A stretch of 39,036 nucleotides of DNA from a virus (Duplodnaviria > Caudoviricetes), in IMG/VR virus record IMGVR_UViG_3300026123_000014, positions 1 to 39,036 of that record. The stretch is one strand, 5' to 3'. Below, piece by piece: positions 36,398 through 39,036 of this stretch. Made by a program: the position numbers and the translations under genes. Each line of letters begins with the position of its first letter. Positions within the stretch are counted from its first letter, which is position 1. The notes below the pieces were generated by a model. It was not told where the DNA came from. It saw only the letters and a list, made by a program, of their open reading frames with translations, and searched no databases.

Positions 36398-36401
36398 CAA
36401 C

Positions 36402-36731
36402 ATGGCGAATTCCTTATTGATTACCGAATCTACGTTGACTGACCGTTATCAAACAACAGTTCCTGATGCTGTGCGTAAAGCATTACATCTGGGTAAACGT
36501 GAAAAAATTCGTTATACCATTCAGCCTGATGGTAGCGTTTTGTTGTCCCGTGCTGATATGAACGATCAGGATCCTGTTTTAGGTAGCTTTCTATCGTTCT
36601 TGGCTAATGATATTCAAAGGCATCCAGAGCGTCTCAGAGCAGCAACACCGGAATTGGCTTCTCGAATCCAAGGGCTAGTAGGTAGCATTGATGTTGACCT
36701 TGATGCCCCGTTGGATGATGAGGACGAATAG
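36402..36731 (+). CDS. prlF: Type II antitoxin PrlF (SohA), AbrB fold
   Basis: ESTLTDRYQTTVP..VRKALHL.KR.KI.Y...DPVLGSFL.FLA.DI..HP, acidic VDLDAPL tail. Confidence 0.92.
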   Translation: MANSLLITESTLTDRYQTTVPDAVRKALHLGKREKIRYTIQPDGSVLLSRADMNDQDPVLGSFLSFLANDIQRHPERLRAATPELASRIQGLVGSIDVDLDAPLDDEDE

Positions 36732-36733
36732 TT

Positions 36734-37240
36734 TTGTCTGAACAATCCAATTTGGTGGTAAACGGCTGGACAATTTTTTTTCATCCGCTGTTTCTCGATG
36801 AGCTAGATTTTCTGATTTCAAAAACCGAAGAGCTTAGAAAGAAAGACCCGGACAATTTTGCCAAAAAGAATAGTAGTAAACGCCTGGCGGCTATTTCAAA
36901 ACTGGCATTCGAGGTGATACCTCAAGACCCCTCTATACCCGAGTATCGTCAGGGCAATACACTTGGTGCTGAGCATAAACACTGGTTCCGTGCGAAGTTT
37001 TTCCAACAGTACCGACTCTTTTTCCGCTTTGATTCTGCCTCAAAAATTATTGTGTACGCATGGGTCAACGATGAAAAGAATAAACGCGCCTACGGCAGCA
37101 AATCGGACGCCTACAGAGTTTTTGAGAAAATGCTGCAAAGCGGCCATCCGCCAGATGATTGGGCCCAGTTGCTTGGTGAGGCGCAAGGTGGCTTAGACCG
37201 GTTGAACCAACTGGCTAAAGATCCGAGTTTGTTCTTTTAA
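36734..37240 (+). CDS. yhaV: Type II toxin YhaV (RelE-superfamily mRNase)
   Basis: VNGW....HPLF...IPQDP....YRQGNTLG...KHWFRAKFFQQYRLFFRF...IVYAWVNDE...RAY.S..DAY.VF.KML. Confidence 0.93.
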   Translation: MSEQSNLVVNGWTIFFHPLFLDELDFLISKTEELRKKDPDNFAKKNSSKRLAAISKLAFEVIPQDPSIPEYRQGNTLGAEHKHWFRAKFFQQYRLFFRFDSASKIIVYAWVNDEKNKRAYGSKSDAYRVFEKMLQSGHPPDDWAQLLGEAQGGLDRLNQLAKDPSLFF

Positions 37241-38523
37241 ACGCATTCGGCAGAGGCCGTCGAGTCGATAATGGCCTCACCTTGCACTTCATCAAATACG
37301 GCGCCGTCGCTTTCTCGTGTTGCTTGACCACCACTGAAGGTTTGCCAACGTCTCACAATGACATCGGCGTACTTAGGATCAAGCTCAATCAGTCTAGCCT
37401 GACGCCCGGTTTTTTCTGCGGCGATCAGGGTTGTGCCTGAACCACCAAAGGAATCCAGCACCACATCGCCTGGTCGGCTTGAGTTACGGATGGCGCGTTC
37501 TACTAACTCCACGGGTTTCATGGTGGGGTGTAAATCATTCTTTGCAGGCTTCTTAATGTTCCACACATCGCCTTGATCACGGGCGCCACACCAGTGACGG
37601 TTTTTGCCTTCTGGCCAGCCGTACAGTATGGGCTCGTACTGACGTTGATAGTCAGCACGTCCTAGCGTGAATGTGTTCTTGGCCCAGATGATAAACGTGG
37701 ACCATTTGCCGCCGGCTTCGCGGAACGCTGCTTGTAAAGTATCGAGTTCACTTGATGACATAGCGATGTACACACCACCCTCGCAGTGAGCCAACATCGG
37801 CTTAAATGCCGCAAGCAAGAAGTCATAGAATCCATCACCTAGGTTATCGTTCATGATCGGACGATGGGTGCCACGCTGTTTGTCTTTGGCGGTGTTGGCG
37901 TAGTCCACATTGTAAGGCGGATCACAAAAGATAAGGTTCGCAGGCGTCCCCGCCATAAGTATCTCGTAGTTAGCCGCATCGGTGGAGTCGCCGCAGAGAA
38001 GCCTGTGCTTGCCCATGATCCAAACATCACTGGGTTTTGAAATGATGGTGTCAGCCAGGTCGGGAGCGGTATCCTCATCACCTAGACCTGTGATATCAGG
38101 TTCCTCTCCAGCAAGAATGTCTGCCAGTTCATCGGGATCAAAACCCACTAGGTCGAGGTTATATCCGTCCTCCAATAAATCCTGCAATTCGATGCGAAGT
38201 AGTTCTTCATCCCACCCCGCATTGGCGGCAATTTTGTTATCGGCGATGATCAACGCTTTGCGTTGCGCGGGCGTTAGGTGGTCAAGGACCACTACCGGAA
38301 CCGTATCGAGCCCCAGTTTTTGAGCGGCGGCCAATCTTCCGTGACCGGCTACGATGATGCCATCTGAGCCTGCCAGAATGGGATTGGTAAATCCAAACTC
38401 AACGATCGACGCAGCGATCTGTGAAACTTGATCAGCCGAGTGTGTTCTCGCGTTGCGCGCATAGGGAGTTAACTTACTAGTCGGCCACGCCTCGATGCGT
38501 TGTGACAACCAAAGCTCAGACAT
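37237..38523 (-). CDS. ParB-like N-terminal domain plus N6/N4 DNA methyltransferase
   Basis: PYARNARTH...FGFTNPIL...AGHGRL (ParB); DPPY, HPTMKPV and VLDSFGGSGTT methylase motifs; likely start ATG 38523. Confidence 0.92.
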   Translation of the reverse strand: MSELWLSQRIEAWPTSKLTPYARNARTHSADQVSQIAASIVEFGFTNPILAGSDGIIVAGHGRLAAAQKLGLDTVPVVVLDHLTPAQRKALIIADNKIAANAGWDEELLRIELQDLLEDGYNLDLVGFDPDELADILAGEEPDITGLGDEDTAPDLADTIISKPSDVWIMGKHRLLCGDSTDAANYEILMAGTPANLIFCDPPYNVDYANTAKDKQRGTHRPIMNDNLGDGFYDFLLAAFKPMLAHCEGGVYIAMSSSELDTLQAAFREAGGKWSTFIIWAKNTFTLGRADYQRQYEPILYGWPEGKNRHWCGARDQGDVWNIKKPAKNDLHPTMKPVELVERAIRNSSRPGDVVLDSFGGSGTTLIAAEKTGRQARLIELDPKYADVIVRRWQTFSGGQATRESDGAVFDEVQGEAIIDSTASAECV

Positions 38524-38965
38524 GGTGTAAACCTCGCTCGTAAATCGTCGCACCGTTCTCATGGCGTGCGGTAAATACCTGTTGCTCACTGTGACCGTCG
38601 GCAACACTGACGTGAGTCCAGTGACCGAACTCATGAATGATCTGGCTGCAAGGCAACTCCATTGCTTCGATGTGTCGGCACACCTCGATGGGTGGCAGTC
38701 CGGGAACGATGATGTCCGCAGCACGACCGATCATGTGGTGGCTGGTGAAGCTGCCGCCAATAGCGTGGTTCAACTCGGCTGAGCGATAGCCGGAGGTAAT
38801 GATTACTGGACGGGCAAGATTCACGCGCAGGGGTTCGAGTACCTCGTTGCACAGCTTGCGCAAGTTGACGATCACCTCGTTACTGGGGTCGTTGCTGATA
38901 CCGAGGCGCGCCGCAGTTTCTGACACGAGAAACTCGGCCAGCTCGAAGTGTTGGCTTAAAATCAT
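38516..38965 (-). CDS. Endolysin, peptidase M15A family
   Basis: LSQHF.L.EF...LEPLR...ITSGYRS..LN..IGG...SHHM.GRAADI...WTHVS. Confidence 0.88.
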   Translation of the reverse strand: MILSQHFELAEFLVSETAARLGISNDPSNEVIVNLRKLCNEVLEPLRVNLARPVIITSGYRSAELNHAIGGSFTSHHMIGRAADIIVPGLPPIEVCRHIEAMELPCSQIIHEFGHWTHVSVADGHSEQQVFTARHENGATIYERGLHHV

Positions 38966-38985
38966 GTAATCGTCCGGTTGTGAAT

Positions 38986-39011
38986 AAAAAGGCCTGCAGG
39001 GGATGGCAGGC
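38986..39011 (-). terminator. Putative intrinsic terminator upstream of the late operon
   Basis: Minus strand GCCTGC-CATCCCCT-GCAGGC-C-TTTTT, 20 nt before the endolysin ATG. Confidence 0.5.
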
Positions 39012-39036
39012 AAAGGAGCGCGGTGTAGTGGTAACC

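Larger units (their letters stand above)
41..39036. mobile_element. tRNA-Phe-integrated island/prophage (left end at att; continues beyond the right edge)
   Basis: tRNA 3' fragment with native terminator at the left, followed by cargo and a phage late region. The integrase and second att site are not in the window. Confidence 0.65.

Noticed and set aside
38524-38724. Long N-terminal extension of the methylase ORF
   Set aside because: It overlaps the endolysin gene in another frame; the ParB domain starts after ATG 38523

Overview
The window has three parts. (1) 1-88 holds the displaced 3' half of a tRNA-Phe(GAA) gene with its intrinsic terminator on the minus strand, a classic integration scar (att site), so everything to the right is probably inside a tRNA-integrated island. 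(2) About 89-6800 is AT-rich plus-strand cargo: a decaying array of orphan Rhs C-terminal toxin/immunity cassettes joined by repeated Rhs-core stubs (including a colicin D-type pair), then a secreted astacin (M12A) metalloprotease and a lipoprotein. (3) About 6800-39036 is the late region of a lambda-like siphoviral prophage on the minus strand: M15A endolysin, ParB-DNA methylase, TerS, TerL (GpA), two fibre-like genes, gpW, portal, S49 protease with nested scaffold, decoration protein, gpE-type capsid, head-tail proteins, tail tube, frameshifted chaperone, tape measure, an expanded multi-adhesin tail tip and holin-like genes. An antisense cassette with DUF6900/DUF3489-type genes and a prlF-yhaV toxin-antitoxin pair interrupts it. 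The most notable observations are an in-frame junction between the tRNA att core and the Rhs core (the antisense tRNA reads [11 protein letters not shown] against the Rhs [11 protein letters not shown]), a 28-bp recombination-site-like palindrome at the phage/cargo boundary, and a mosaic branched receptor-binding module. No integrase or replication genes lie in the window. Family assignments come from motif recognition, not database searches.
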